Shown: positions 51,759 to 63,041, counted from the first letter of the stretch. The stretch: DNA of 64,000 nt from an uncultured Pelagibacteraceae bacterium (GCA_902548405.1 CACCRN010000002.1:82874-146873); one strand, 5' to 3'. Numbers and translations: made by a program. Notes: generated by a model from the sequence alone, not told the origin.

Positions 51759-52538
51759 TTAAACATTGGCCGTAGCTAACATTTTTTTAATTTCTGCAAT
51801 TGCTTTTGCTGGATTTAGGCCCTTGGGACAAGCATTTGTACAATTTAAAATAGTATGACATCTGTAAAGTTTTAATTCATCAGCAACTTTTTTTAATCTT
51901 GCTTTTCTTTCTTCATCTCTACTATCTACGATCCATCTGTAAGCTTGTAGAAGGACTGCTGGACCTAAGTATTTATCTCCATTCCACCAATAACTTGGGC
52001 AAGATGTTGAACAACATGCACACATAATACATTCATAAGCGCCATCAAGTTTTGCTCTATCTTCTTGAGATTGATAAATTTCTGTTGTTTCTTTTTTTGA
52101 ATTATTTTTTAACCAGGGTTCAATAGATTGATACTGTTTATACAAACCATCTAAATCTCCAATTAAATCTCTTTTAACTTTCAAGTGCGGTAGCGGATAT
52201 ATGTCTATATCTCCATCAATTTCCGAATGCGGAGTTGTGCATGCTAAACCATTTTTGCCACCCATGTTCATAGCACAAGAACCACAAACTCCATGAGCAC
52301 AAGATCTTCTATAAGCTAATGTTGGGTCAATTTCGTTTTTAATTTTATTTAAAATATCTAAAACTTTTGAAGGACAATTATCCATATCAACTTCATAAGT
52401 ATCAATTCTTGGATTTTCTTCAGTAGAAGGGTCCCATCTATAAACATTTACTCTTCTAAGATTTTTAGAGCCTGTTTTATCTTTAAAATATTTACCTTTT
52501 TTGACTTCAGAATTTTTTGGTAAATTCAATTGTACCAT
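51759..52538 (-). CDS. sdhB: Succinate dehydrogenase iron-sulfur subunit
   Basis: [42 protein letters not shown]. Confidence 0.98.
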   Translation of the reverse strand: MVQLNLPKNSEVKKGKYFKDKTGSKNLRRVNVYRWDPSTEENPRIDTYEVDMDNCPSKVLDILNKIKNEIDPTLAYRRSCAHGVCGSCAMNMGGKNGLACTTPHSEIDGDIDIYPLPHLKVKRDLIGDLDGLYKQYQSIEPWLKNNSKKETTEIYQSQEDRAKLDGAYECIMCACCSTSCPSYWWNGDKYLGPAVLLQAYRWIVDSRDEERKARLKKVADELKLYRCHTILNCTNACPKGLNPAKAIAEIKKMLATANV

Positions 52539-54313
52539 TAGTATACCCGCTCTTGTGGTGGAAAATATTGAACTTCATTAGTCAAAGTTGACTTGTGGAC
52601 TGGTCTATAACTAATTTTTGTATTTTTTCCATCACACCAAGCAAGAGTATGTTGCATAAATTTATCATCATCTCTTTTTGGATAATCATCTCTTGCATGA
52701 GCTCCTCTGCTTTCTTTTCTGTGATATGCAGATTCTACAGTTGTTACTGCTTGTCTAATTAAATTATCAAATTCTAAAGTTTCAACTAAATCAGTATTAA
52801 ATACTAAAGATCTATCTTTAACAGAAATAAAGTCCATTCCATCATAAGTTTTTCTAATATCATCAACGCCTTCTTTTAAATTTTTTTCTGTTCTAAATAC
52901 TGCACATTTAGATTGCATTGTTTTTTGCATTGAAAGTCTAAGTTCTGCGGTACTATTATTTCCATCTGCATTTCTTAACTTATCAAATCTATCTAAACAT
53001 TTTTGTGTCTCAGACTCAGGTAACTCTTCATGAGGAGTTCCGGGTTTAACTAATTCTGCTGCTCTTTTTGCTGCTGCTCTTCCGAACACTACTAAATCAA
53101 TTAATGAATTAGAGCCAAGTCTATTCGCACCATGAACAGATACACATGCTGCTTCTCCTATAGCCATCAGACCTGGAACAGTTTTTTCTGAACCATTAAC
53201 AGTTAAAACTTCTGCTTTGTAATTTGTTGGAATACCACCCATATTATAATGAACTGTTGGGACAACAGGTATAGGTTCTTTAGTTACGTCTACATTTGCA
53301 AATAATCTTGCAGCATCAGTAATTCCTGGAAGTCTACTTTCAATAATATCTTTATCTAAATGACTTAAGTTTAAATGAACATGATCTTGATCTTTTCCAA
53401 CTCCTCTTCCTTCATTTATTTCAATAGACATTGATCTACTAACAACATCTCTTGATGCTAAATCTTTTGCATTTGGAGCATATCTTTCCATAAATCTTTC
53501 GCCCTTAGAGTTAGTTAGATAACCACCCTCACCTCTAGCACCTTCTGTTATTAACGTGCCATGACCATAAATTCCTGTTGGATGAAATTGAACAAACTCC
53601 ATATCTTGAAGAGGCAATCCAGCTCTTAGTACCATTGCATTTCCATCTCCAGTGCAAGTATGCGCAGATGTAGCTGAATAATAGACTTTCCCATATCCAC
53701 CTGTAGCTATAATTACAGTATGTGCTCTAAATCTATGGATTGTTCCATCATTTAAATTCCATGCAATTAATCCCTTGCACGCTCCATCTTTCATTAAAAG
53801 ATCTAATGCAAAATATTCTATAAAAAACTCAGTGTTATGTTTTAAGGCTTGTCCATAAAGAGTATGAAGAATTGCATGACCAGTTCTATCCGCAGCAGCA
53901 CATGTTCTTTGTACAATTCCATTTCCATAATTTTTTGTCATTCCACCAAAAGGTCTTTGATATATTTTTCCCTCTTCAGTTCTACTAAATGGAACTCCAT
54001 ATTTTTCTAATTCTAAAACAGCTTTTGGAGCTTCTTTACATAAATACTCAATGCTATCTTGATCACCTAACCAATCTGCACCTTTAACCGTATCATACAT
54101 GTGCCATCTCCAATCATCTTCTCCCATGTTACCAAGTGCAGCTGAGATACCTCCTTGTGCAGCAGAAGTGTGGCTTCTAGTTGGAAATACTTTTGAAATA
54201 CAGGCTGTTTTCAATCCAGCTTCGCTTAATCCAACAGCGGCTCTCAAGCCAGATCCACCAGCTCCTAAGACAACTACATCATATTCATGATCTATAATAT
54301 TATAAGCGCTCAT
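52538..54313 (-). CDS. sdhA: Succinate dehydrogenase flavoprotein
   Basis: PTRSHT.AAQGG (FAD-His), QFHPTG, EG.RGEGG, HYNMGG, HGANRLG.NSL. Confidence 0.99.
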   Translation of the reverse strand: MSAYNIIDHEYDVVVLGAGGSGLRAAVGLSEAGLKTACISKVFPTRSHTSAAQGGISAALGNMGEDDWRWHMYDTVKGADWLGDQDSIEYLCKEAPKAVLELEKYGVPFSRTEEGKIYQRPFGGMTKNYGNGIVQRTCAAADRTGHAILHTLYGQALKHNTEFFIEYFALDLLMKDGACKGLIAWNLNDGTIHRFRAHTVIIATGGYGKVYYSATSAHTCTGDGNAMVLRAGLPLQDMEFVQFHPTGIYGHGTLITEGARGEGGYLTNSKGERFMERYAPNAKDLASRDVVSRSMSIEINEGRGVGKDQDHVHLNLSHLDKDIIESRLPGITDAARLFANVDVTKEPIPVVPTVHYNMGGIPTNYKAEVLTVNGSEKTVPGLMAIGEAACVSVHGANRLGSNSLIDLVVFGRAAAKRAAELVKPGTPHEELPESETQKCLDRFDKLRNADGNNSTAELRLSMQKTMQSKCAVFRTEKNLKEGVDDIRKTYDGMDFISVKDRSLVFNTDLVETLEFDNLIRQAVTTVESAYHRKESRGAHARDDYPKRDDDKFMQHTLAWCDGKNTKISYRPVHKSTLTNEVQYFPPQERVY

Positions 54314-54639
54314 TATTTTAGATTAAGTAAAATTATTATTGTTAATAATGGAATGATTATAGCAGAAATATAGAGAAGTCTGTTTGCGACATATTTGGTT
54401 TTTTCATTAGAAATATAGTCCTCAAAAACCTCACTAATACTTAGGGCAGAAAAAAAATAAGCAAAAATTAAAAATATACTAAATAAAAACTTATTTGTTT
54501 TGTTTGAAAAAAAACTAACTACTTCAGAATAATCTCCATCATAAACTGATATGAAATTAATTATAAACCAAAACATTAAAGGGACTAAAATTATTGATGA
54601 TAATTTTAAAAACATCCATTTTTTTGTAGCTAAATTCAT
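54313..54639 (-). CDS. sdhD: Succinate dehydrogenase hydrophobic anchor SdhD (ATG 54639 preferred; heme-ligand His absent)
   Basis: Three TM helices, V.EDY quinone motif, position between sdhC and sdhA. Confidence 0.88.
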   Translation of the reverse strand: MNLATKKWMFLKLSSIILVPLMFWFIINFISVYDGDYSEVVSFFSNKTNKFLFSIFLIFAYFFSALSISEVFEDYISNEKTKYVANRLLYISAIIIPLLTIIILLNLK

Positions 54640-54640
54640 A

Positions 54641-55024
54641 TTAAAAAAAGTTTTTTCCAATTAAGTAAAATAAAATAGTTAAAATCAATGAACCAAAGAT
54701 CACCATCAAACCTGTTATGCGAGTAGTCTTCAGTTCATAGCCATAACCCATATCCATTATTATATGTCGGATTTCACTAAGTATCTGAAAACTAAAAGAC
54801 CACGCTAACCCTATTGCAACAAATTTTCCAAGAAATGAGTTAAAAAAAAAGTTTATCAAATCATATTTTGGTTCTCCTAAAATTAGCCAAGAAACCCAGA
54901 AGCAAACTAAAGTTATTGCTAAGATATTTATTATTCCAGTTATTCTATGAAAAATAGATACTAGTGAGGATATGTGCCATCTATAAATTTGTATATGAGG
55001 AGAAAGAGGTCTTTTACTTTCCAT
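54641..55024 (-). CDS. sdhC: Succinate dehydrogenase anchor SdhC (heme-ligand His replaced by Gln)
   Basis: RPLSPH.QIY, SI.HRITG, IRH..MD.G.G. Confidence 0.94.
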   Translation of the reverse strand: MESKRPLSPHIQIYRWHISSLVSIFHRITGIINILAITLVCFWVSWLILGEPKYDLINFFFNSFLGKFVAIGLAWSFSFQILSEIRHIIMDMGYGYELKTTRITGLMVIFGSLILTILFYLIGKNFF

Positions 55025-56021
55025 AAGAATTATTTTTTATTAATGTTTCGGCAATTTCAACTGCATTTAAAGCTGCACCTCTAAGCAAATTGTCTGAGAC
55101 AATCCACATATTTAAGCAATTTTTTTTAGTCTTATCTTCTCTAATTCTTGAAATGAATGTCTCATCTTTTCCAGCCGCTTCAAGTGGTGTTGAATATCCA
55201 CCATCTTGTCTCTCATCAATAACTTTACAGCCTTCCATTTTCTCAAGACATTCTTTAATTTGATCAATTGTAAATTCTTTTTCTAATTCTAAATTTACTG
55301 CTTCAGAATGAGAAACTAAAACTGGTACTCTTACACAAGTTGCTGATAATTCAATATTTTGATCTAGAATTTTTTTAGTCTCATTGGTCATTTTTAATTC
55401 CTCTTTTGTGTATCCGTCATCAGCAAATACATCAATATGTGGAATTAAATTAAATGAAATTTGTTTTGTAAAATTTTTTGATTCAATTGCTTTGTTTTCT
55501 AGTGCTAACTTAGTCTGTTCTACTAATTCATCCATTGGTGCTTTCCCACCACCAGATACTGATTGATATGTAGCTACAACTACTCTTTTTATTTTAAATA
55601 AATCATGGATTGGTTTTAATGGTAAGACTAATTGTGCAGTTGAGCAATTAGGATTAGCAATAATATTTTTTTTTATATTTTTTAAGTCATCCGCATTTAC
55701 TTGAGGTACAATTAAAGGAACATCAGGGTCCATTCTATAAAAACTAGAATTATCTATTACAATACTGTGACTTGCTGCTTTTGAGGCATAAGCTTCTGAA
55801 ATTTTTCCACCCGCTGCAAAAAAAGTAATTTTTGCTTTTGAAAAATCAAAAGTCTCTAAATTTTCAACTTCTATGTCTTTACCTTTAAAATTAATTTTTG
55901 AACCAGCACTTCTTGCAGATGCAACTAAAAAAATTTCTGAAATAGGCAAATTTTTCTTCTCAAGCACTTCTAGTACTTTTCTTCCAACATTACCCGTGGC
56001 TCCGACTATAGCTATATTCAT
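55014..56021 (-). CDS. asd: Aspartate-semialdehyde dehydrogenase
   Basis: VGATG.VG, IDNSS..RM..DVPL, ANPNCST, YQSVSG.G, CVRVPV..SHSE, DNL.RGAA.N. Confidence 0.97.
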   Translation of the reverse strand: MNIAIVGATGNVGRKVLEVLEKKNLPISEIFLVASARSAGSKINFKGKDIEVENLETFDFSKAKITFFAAGGKISEAYASKAASHSIVIDNSSFYRMDPDVPLIVPQVNADDLKNIKKNIIANPNCSTAQLVLPLKPIHDLFKIKRVVVATYQSVSGGGKAPMDELVEQTKLALENKAIESKNFTKQISFNLIPHIDVFADDGYTKEELKMTNETKKILDQNIELSATCVRVPVLVSHSEAVNLELEKEFTIDQIKECLEKMEGCKVIDERQDGGYSTPLEAAGKDETFISRIREDKTKKNCLNMWIVSDNLLRGAALNAVEIAETLIKNNSYGK

Positions 56022-56058
56022 GATGGGGTTGTTATACTAAATGAAAGGTAAATCGCAA
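56022..56058 (-). promoter_or_regulatory. Putative internal promoter for asd(-sdh) overlapping the 3' end of dmdA
   Basis: Minus strand TTGCGA (56058-56053), 16 nt, TATAAC (56036-56031), 9 nt, ATG; no SD. Confidence 0.45.
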
Positions 56059-57146
56059 ACTTTTCCAGCGCAATTATGTCCATTTACAACAACTTTTACA
56101 TTTTGCTGAGGATTCCAGTATCCTTTTTGCATCATAGCTATACCAATTACTTTTTTGAAGTGAGGTGAATAGCAAGCAGATCTTAATTCTCCAATTAGGT
56201 TGTTGTTTTCATCTGTCAAATCTAGAGAACCTGTTACACTGATTTCATTAATATCAATTTTTATACCCATCAATTTTTTGGTAATTCCTTCTTCTTTTAT
56301 TTTTATTAATTTTTCCTTACCCAAAAACTTTGCATCACTATCTAAATTAACATACTTGTCAAAACCACACTCAAACGGGTTATCATTGTTATCCATATCG
56401 TTTCCAAATGATAAAAGAGCACTTTCAATTCTCTCTATTAAATTAGGGCATCCAGGCTTAACATTAAATTCTTTACCAGCTTCAAATAAATGATCATATA
56501 ATTTTTGACCAGACTCTGTATTTTGAACATAAATTTCATAGCCACCTTGCTTAGACCAACCTGATTGTGCAATTAAATGGTCAACTCCTTCAAAATTAAA
56601 ATAATCAAATCCAAAAAATTTCAATTTAGTTATTTTTTCACCAAATACTTTTTCCATTAACTTGAATGATTTTGGACCTTGAACAGCCATGATGTCTACA
56701 TTTGGTTCAAAGATTTTAACATCAAATTTATTTCCAATTGCTAATCCTTTTGCAAATAAAATTACATCAGAGTCTGCAATGGATATCCACCATTTCTCCT
56801 GACTTAATCTCAGCACTACAGGATCATTAATTAATCCACCCTGGTCATCTATAATAGGACAATAATAACATCTACCATCTTTAGATTTAGATAAATCTCT
56901 ACAAGTCATTAATTGAACTAATTTAGCTGAGTCTTTTCCTGAAATTTCAACTTGCCTTTCTGCTGCAACATCCCAAATTTGAACATGTTCTTTTAAGTGA
57001 TGATAAGAATCTTCTACGGATCCAAATGCTGCTGGAAGCAACATATGATTATAAATTGTATAAGCTGTTACACCTTGTTTTTCTATTCTTGAAGTATATG
57101 GTGTACTTCTAAGTCTTCTAGATTTTGCTATTGAATAATTTTTCAT
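56037..57146 (-). CDS. dmdA: DMSP demethylase (GcvT family)
   Basis: [50 protein letters not shown]; dmdB/dmdC neighbours. Confidence 0.95.
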   Translation of the reverse strand: MKNYSIAKSRRLRSTPYTSRIEKQGVTAYTIYNHMLLPAAFGSVEDSYHHLKEHVQIWDVAAERQVEISGKDSAKLVQLMTCRDLSKSKDGRCYYCPIIDDQGGLINDPVVLRLSQEKWWISIADSDVILFAKGLAIGNKFDVKIFEPNVDIMAVQGPKSFKLMEKVFGEKITKLKFFGFDYFNFEGVDHLIAQSGWSKQGGYEIYVQNTESGQKLYDHLFEAGKEFNVKPGCPNLIERIESALLSFGNDMDNNDNPFECGFDKYVNLDSDAKFLGKEKLIKIKEEGITKKLMGIKIDINEISVTGSLDLTDENNNLIGELRSACYSPHFKKVIGIAMMQKGYWNPQQNVKVVVNGHNCAGKVCDLPFI

Positions 57147-57919
57147 TTATTTAAAAATTCTAAAACCTTGTCCCGCATTTCAAATGCTTTTTCAATCATA
57201 ATCATATGCCCGCATCCTTCTATAACATGAATAGTTGAATTTTTGATTAATTGAGAGAATTTTTTTCCAGATTCTAAATTAACCATTTTATCTAAAGAAC
57301 CAAAAACAAACATTGATGGAACCTCGATGGATACAGCTGCAGTTGAGCCATTTTTGTAATTATTACAAGCTATAAGATCTACAGCAAGTATTTCACTAAT
57401 ATCTTTTGGAGATTGAATAATTCTTTCAACTGGATTTCCACCTATAAATTTTTTTGAACCTTCATATCCCCACTTCATCATTAATTTTACTGCATCAGAA
57501 TCTCCATTTTCTGCAAGCTCAATCAAATCAGGATGAACAGGCATTTTATTAGATCCACCTACAAAGACTATTTTTTTTAGTCTATCTTTGTATCTATGGG
57601 AATACTCAAGTATTTCTAAACATCCTTGTGAATGACCAACTAAAATTAAATTTTGAAGATCTAAGGCATCAAATACAAGTTCCAACCATTCTGCTATTTC
57701 CTCAATAGTTTTTAAACATGGCCCCTCAGAATTTCCATGTCCTGGTAAATCAATAGATAATACATTGAAATTATTATTTGAAAAAAATTGCTCACTTAAT
57801 GACCAAACAATATGAGATAAGCCACTTCCATGAAGAAAAACAATGGTATCTTTGTTTTTATCTATACCTTTGCCATTGTCTGAAGCAAAAATATTTTTAT
57901 TTTCGATTTCAAATATCAA
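57143..57919 (-). CDS. Alpha/beta-fold hydrolase in the dmd cluster, function unknown
   Basis: HGSG oxyanion region, DLPGHG.S, nucleophile GHSQG, G..D.MV (Asp), CGHM (His). Confidence 0.88.
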   Translation of the reverse strand: MIFEIENKNIFASDNGKGIDKNKDTIVFLHGSGLSHIVWSLSEQFFSNNNFNVLSIDLPGHGNSEGPCLKTIEEIAEWLELVFDALDLQNLILVGHSQGCLEILEYSHRYKDRLKKIVFVGGSNKMPVHPDLIELAENGDSDAVKLMMKWGYEGSKKFIGGNPVERIIQSPKDISEILAVDLIACNNYKNGSTAAVSIEVPSMFVFGSLDKMVNLESGKKFSQLIKNSTIHVIEGCGHMIMIEKAFEMRDKVLEFLNK

Positions 57920-57927
57920 TTAGATTC

Positions 57928-59544
57928 CTAAACTTTTTTTCTCAGTTCAAACTTCTGTATTTTTCCAGTTGATGTCTTAGGTAGTTCGCAAAAAACGACC
58001 TTTTTGGGAACTTTAAATCCAGCCAAAGTTTCTTTACAAAAATCAATTAATTCTTTTTCAGTAACAGGCTCATCTTGAACCATCTCGATGAAAGCACAAG
58101 GTACTTCTCCCCATTTTTCATCTGGTTTAGCAACTACTGCTGCTATTGAAACCGAAGGATGTTTAGATAAAGTATTTTCAATTTCTATTGATGAAATATT
58201 TTCTCCCCCTGAGATAATAATATCTTTAGATCTATCTTGAATTTTTACATATCCATCAGGAAACATAACTGCCAAGTCACCACTATGAAACCATCCATCT
58301 TTCATTGCTTTGTCTGTAGCTTCTTTATCTTTAAAATAACCCTTCATTACTACGTTTCCTCTAATCATGATCTCACCGATAGTTTTTCCATCTTTAGGAA
58401 CTTCTTTCATCGTCTCTGGATCTAAAACTGTTACTCCTTCTGTATTGGGATACCTTACTCCTTGTCTTGCTTTAATCTCATTTTGTTTATCTTCATCTAA
58501 ATCATTCCATCCATCATTCCACGCACATTGTGTAACATGACCATATGTTTCTGTAAGACCATAAACATGCATAACTTCAAATCCAAGAGATTTCATTTTT
58601 TTAAAAATAATACTTGGCGGAGGTGCTCCAGCAGTTAAGACGTAAACTTTATGCTTTAATTTTTTTCTATCACTTTCTGGAGCTCCAGTTATCATATTTA
58701 AAACTATTGGTGCTCCTCCAAAATGAGTAATGTCATATTTATCAATAAGCTCAAAAATTTTCTTAACATCAATATTTCTTAAGCAAATTGTTCTTCCATT
58801 TAACATTGGAACTGTCCATGGATAGCACCAGCCATTACAATGAAACATAGGCACAACTGTTAAAAAGTTTAAACGATTAGGCATGTTCCAGGCAACAGTA
58901 CTTCCCGTGGACATTAAATACGCACCTCTATGATGGTAAACAACACCTTTAGGGTTGCCAGTTGTACCTGAAGTATAACTTAAAGATATTGCCTGCCATT
59001 CATCATCAGGCATTTTCCAATCAAAATTCTCATCTCCAGTATTTAAAAAACTTTCGTATTCTAAATCTCCAATTTTTTCCAATTTCGATTGATCAGCATG
59101 TTTGTCGTTAATATCTATAACAGTGATTTTTTTATTTAAATTTTTTAAAGCTTTTTTTACTTCTACATGTAATTGTCTATCTACAACCAATACCTTCGCA
59201 TCACTGTGATTTAAAATATAATTAATTGTATTAGCATCTAATCTTATATTTATTGTGTTTAAAACAGCTCCTGTCATTGGAACTGAGTAGTGTGCCTCAA
59301 AAATTTCAGGAGTATTAAAAGCTAAAAAAGATACTGTATCTCCTTTTTGAATACCAATTTTAGAAAGTGCGCTAGCAAATTTCACTGCTCTTTTATAAAC
59401 TTCATTCCAAGTATAACTTCTATCCTCATATACTATAGCCTCATAATCAGGATAAACATCTTTAGCTCTTTGTAAAAATGTTAGTGGTGTTAATGGAACA
59501 TAATTTGCATTATTTTTATCTAGATTAATATCGTAGTGGTTCAT
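57928..59544 (-). CDS. dmdB: 3-methylmercaptopropionate-CoA ligase (AMP-forming acyl-CoA synthetase)
   Basis: YTSGTTGNPKG, PMFHCNGW, YGLTET, GD, DR.KD.IISGGENISS, LPKTSTGK; clustered with dmdA. Confidence 0.85.
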   Translation of the reverse strand: MNHYDINLDKNNANYVPLTPLTFLQRAKDVYPDYEAIVYEDRSYTWNEVYKRAVKFASALSKIGIQKGDTVSFLAFNTPEIFEAHYSVPMTGAVLNTINIRLDANTINYILNHSDAKVLVVDRQLHVEVKKALKNLNKKITVIDINDKHADQSKLEKIGDLEYESFLNTGDENFDWKMPDDEWQAISLSYTSGTTGNPKGVVYHHRGAYLMSTGSTVAWNMPNRLNFLTVVPMFHCNGWCYPWTVPMLNGRTICLRNIDVKKIFELIDKYDITHFGGAPIVLNMITGAPESDRKKLKHKVYVLTAGAPPPSIIFKKMKSLGFEVMHVYGLTETYGHVTQCAWNDGWNDLDEDKQNEIKARQGVRYPNTEGVTVLDPETMKEVPKDGKTIGEIMIRGNVVMKGYFKDKEATDKAMKDGWFHSGDLAVMFPDGYVKIQDRSKDIIISGGENISSIEIENTLSKHPSVSIAAVVAKPDEKWGEVPCAFIEMVQDEPVTEKELIDFCKETLAGFKVPKKVVFCELPKTSTGKIQKFELRKKV

Positions 59545-59546
59545 TA

Positions 59547-61310
59547 CTAATTAAATTTAAATTTCATTATATTTGAACTACCTGAAACTGCAGATTTATA
59601 ATGATATTCTGCTCTCGGTAACACTTTTTCAAAGTAGAATGTGGCTGTATTAATTTTATCTGAATAAAACTCTTTATTTTCCTCATAATCTTTAAAACTG
59701 ATTTCTAAGATTTTTATCCATGAAAAAGCAATCGAAATATAACCAAGTGTTTTTAAATAGTCATTTGCAGCTGCAGAAACATCATCTTTTTCTATTTTAC
59801 TTTTGTCTACAATCCAACCAGTGAACTTTGATAAAATATCAAGATAATATGTAAGATCTTTTGTAAAAGATTTTACCTTTTCATGTTTGTTTTCACATTC
59901 AGATTTTATCATTTCTAAAAATTTAGAAATTACATCACCATTTCTATTTATTAATTTTCTAAATACTAAATCAGCAGCTTGAACTGAATTGGTTCCTTCA
60001 TATATCGGTGTAATTCTATTATCTCTATATAACTGTTCAATACCTTGGTCTTTGGTATAACCGTACCCTCCATGAATCTGCATAGCATCACTCGTAATCT
60101 CCATAGCTAAATCAGTAAATAAAGATTTAACTACAGGTGTCATCAAAGAAACATAATCAGAAGCTTCCTGTTTAATTTTTTCATCTGGATGATGAAGACT
60201 AACTTCAGTTTGTTGAGACAACCAAAAGCATAAAGCTCTTTCTCCCTCAATTATAGATTTCATATTTAATAAAGTTCTTCTTATGTCTGCATGGTCAATA
60301 ATAAAATCTGCACCATTTGAAGATTTAGAATTATTAGTTTTTCCTTGTTTTCTCTCTTTTGCATAAGCAAGTGAATTTTGGTAAGCAATTTCTGAAATAC
60401 CCAATCCCTGAATACCGACTACAATTCTCTCAAGATTCATCATGGTAAACATTGCATTTAAACCTTTGTCCTTAGGACCAATCATATATCCTGTTGCATC
60501 ATCAAAGTTTAAGACACAAGTTGCCGAACCTTTAATTCCCATTTTTGTTTCAATAGATCCCGTTGAAACACCATTTCTTTGTCCAACCGATCCATCTTGA
60601 TTTACTAAAAACTTGGGTACTAAAAATAAACTTATTCCTTTTGTTCCTGTAGGTGAGTCAGTAGATCTAGCTAAGACTAAATGAACAATATTTTCTGTTA
60701 AGTCATGATCGCCTGATGTGATAAAAATTTTTTGGCCAGTTATATTATAAGTTCCATCAGATTGACTAACTGCTTTTGTTTTAAGCAAACCTAAATCAGT
60801 ACCACAAACAGGTTCTGTTAAGCACATCGTACCACTCCATTTACCTTCTACAATTTTAGGTAAATATTTATCTTTTATTTCATCAGTAGCGTGATGATTA
60901 ATACAATTGTATGCTCCAATACTTAATTCACTATAAAGTTTAAAAGATAAACTCGCTGAAGACAGCATTTCGTCAAAAAAAGCACTCACTGTTTTTGGCA
61001 TTCCTTGACCACCATATTTTGGATCGCATGACAATGAAGTCCATCCATCCTCAATATATTTCTGATAAGCTTCTTTGTATCCTGGTGGTGTTCTAACTAC
61101 ACCATTTTCTAAAACTGCTGGATTTTCATCGCCTGCTTTAGCAAGTGGTAAAATTAAATTTTGATTGATTTTAGCTGCTTCTTCTAAAATATCTTTAACC
61201 AAATCTGAGCTGACTTCATTATATCTTTCAAGATCATTATAATTTTTGTTATCTCTTAATTTTTCATAGAGAAACATCATATCTTTGACAGGTGCAGAAT
61301 AACTTGGCAT
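59547..61310 (-). CDS. dmdC: MMPA-CoA dehydrogenase (acyl-CoA dehydrogenase)
   Basis: W.GTMCLTEP.CGTDLG, KIFIT.GDHD, MFTMMN.ER, Q.HGGYG, PIYEGTN; clustered with dmdA and dmdB. Confidence 0.82.
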   Translation of the reverse strand: MPSYSAPVKDMMFLYEKLRDNKNYNDLERYNEVSSDLVKDILEEAAKINQNLILPLAKAGDENPAVLENGVVRTPPGYKEAYQKYIEDGWTSLSCDPKYGGQGMPKTVSAFFDEMLSSASLSFKLYSELSIGAYNCINHHATDEIKDKYLPKIVEGKWSGTMCLTEPVCGTDLGLLKTKAVSQSDGTYNITGQKIFITSGDHDLTENIVHLVLARSTDSPTGTKGISLFLVPKFLVNQDGSVGQRNGVSTGSIETKMGIKGSATCVLNFDDATGYMIGPKDKGLNAMFTMMNLERIVVGIQGLGISEIAYQNSLAYAKERKQGKTNNSKSSNGADFIIDHADIRRTLLNMKSIIEGERALCFWLSQQTEVSLHHPDEKIKQEASDYVSLMTPVVKSLFTDLAMEITSDAMQIHGGYGYTKDQGIEQLYRDNRITPIYEGTNSVQAADLVFRKLINRNGDVISKFLEMIKSECENKHEKVKSFTKDLTYYLDILSKFTGWIVDKSKIEKDDVSAAANDYLKTLGYISIAFSWIKILEISFKDYEENKEFYSDKINTATFYFEKVLPRAEYHYKSAVSGSSNIMKFKFN

Positions 61311-61336
61311 TTGAAAAGCTTAGAATACTTAGAGAT

Positions 61337-62443
61337 TTATTGCAATTTTGAAATTATCGCATCGCCCATTTGCGAAGTAGATACTTCTTTCATACCCTCA
61401 GAAAGGATATCTTTCGTTCTTAGACCGTCATTTAATACAGCTTGCACTGCATTTTCTAAAGCATCAGCTTCATTATCAAGATCTAAAGAATATCTTAAAG
61501 CCATTGCAAAACTTAGTACTGTTGCGATTGGATTTGCTAACCCTTTTCCTGCAATATCAGGAGCTGAACCGTGTATAGGTTCATACATTGCTCTCATTTC
61601 ACCATCTTTATTTTTTGCACCTAAAGATGCAGAAGGTAATAACCCTAAAGATCCTGTTAACATTGAAGCTTGATCTGAAAGCATATCACCAAATAAATTA
61701 TCAGTAACAATTACATCAAACTGTTTTGGATTTCTAAGTAATTGCATTGCACAGTTATCTGCAAGCATATGACTTAGTTCAACATCTTTGTATTCTTTTT
61801 CATGAAGTTCCTGAACTTCTTCTTTCCATAGTTGTCCAGCTTCCATAACATTAGATTTCTCACAAGATGTAACTTTATTTGATCTTTTTCTAGCAAGATC
61901 AAAGGCAACTCTTGCAACTCTAGTAATTTCACTAGTAGTATAAGTGTGAGTATTTATTCCTTTTCTTTCACCATTTTCTATTGGTTTAATACCTCTTGGT
62001 TCACCAAAATAAATTCCACCTGTTAATTCTCTTACAATCATTATATCTAAACCCGAAACTACTTCTGGTTTAAGTGTTGATGCACCAACTAACTGTTCAA
62101 AACATATGGCAGGTCTCAAATTTGCAAATAATTTTAATTCTTTTCTTAATTTTAATAAAGCTCTCTCCGGTTTTTTTGAAAACTCAATATTATCCCACTT
62201 AGGTCCTCCAACTGCACCGAGCATAACAACTTCGCTCTCTAAAGCTTTATAAAAAACTTCATCTGTTATAGGTGTACCGTGTTTATCGTAAGAACATCCA
62301 CCCGCAAGATCTTCATCTATTTCAAAGTCTAAAGATTTTTTATCATTAAACCAATTAATTATTTTTCTAACTTCTCCAATTACCTCAGGTCCAATACCAT
62401 CACCTGGTAATAATAGAATTTTTCTTTTTTTTACTTTAATCAT
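61337..62443 (-). CDS. leuB: 3-isopropylmalate dehydrogenase
   Basis: [49 protein letters not shown]. Confidence 0.98.
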   Translation of the reverse strand: MIKVKKRKILLLPGDGIGPEVIGEVRKIINWFNDKKSLDFEIDEDLAGGCSYDKHGTPITDEVFYKALESEVVMLGAVGGPKWDNIEFSKKPERALLKLRKELKLFANLRPAICFEQLVGASTLKPEVVSGLDIMIVRELTGGIYFGEPRGIKPIENGERKGINTHTYTTSEITRVARVAFDLARKRSNKVTSCEKSNVMEAGQLWKEEVQELHEKEYKDVELSHMLADNCAMQLLRNPKQFDVIVTDNLFGDMLSDQASMLTGSLGLLPSASLGAKNKDGEMRAMYEPIHGSAPDIAGKGLANPIATVLSFAMALRYSLDLDNEADALENAVQAVLNDGLRTKDILSEGMKEVSTSQMGDAIISKLQ

Positions 62444-63041
62444 TAAAAACCCAAGGTTTTTTATCTTTTAACTGATTTTCAAAATTTTGAATTTTATCAG
62501 ATTTTTTTAAAGAAAGAGCAATGTCATCTAATCCTTCTAACAAACATTTTTTCTTAAATGGATCTATTTCAAATTTAATTTCATTGTTTCCGTAAATAAT
62601 TTTTTGATCATTTAAGTCTACAGAAATTTCTTCTCTTCTATTTGCATATTCAGAAAGTTCTTTTATTTTTTCTTCTTCCAGAATTATTGGTAAAATTCCA
62701 TTTTTAAAACAATTACTATAAAAAATATCAGCATAACTCGAACTAATCACACAAGTAATTCCAAAATCTAACAATGCCCATGGAGCATGCTCTCTTGATG
62801 AACCACATCCAAAATTGTTTCCTGCAATTAAAATTTTTGAGTTATTAAATGGTTCCTGATTTAATACAAAATCATTAATTTCTTTTCCATTATCGTCATA
62901 TCTCATTTCAAAAAACAAATTTTTTCCAAGTCCAGTTCTTTTTATTGTTTTTAAAAATTGCTTAGGAATAATCATATCTGTATCGATATTTACGATTGGT
63001 AAATAAGCAGGAATACTTTTTAATGTATTAAATTTTTGCAT
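62436..63041 (-). CDS. leuD: 3-isopropylmalate dehydratase small subunit
   Basis: [37 protein letters not shown]. Confidence 0.98.
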   Translation of the reverse strand: MQKFNTLKSIPAYLPIVNIDTDMIIPKQFLKTIKRTGLGKNLFFEMRYDDNGKEINDFVLNQEPFNNSKILIAGNNFGCGSSREHAPWALLDFGITCVISSSYADIFYSNCFKNGILPIILEEEKIKELSEYANRREEISVDLNDQKIIYGNNEIKFEIDPFKKKCLLEGLDDIALSLKKSDKIQNFENQLKDKKPWVFND

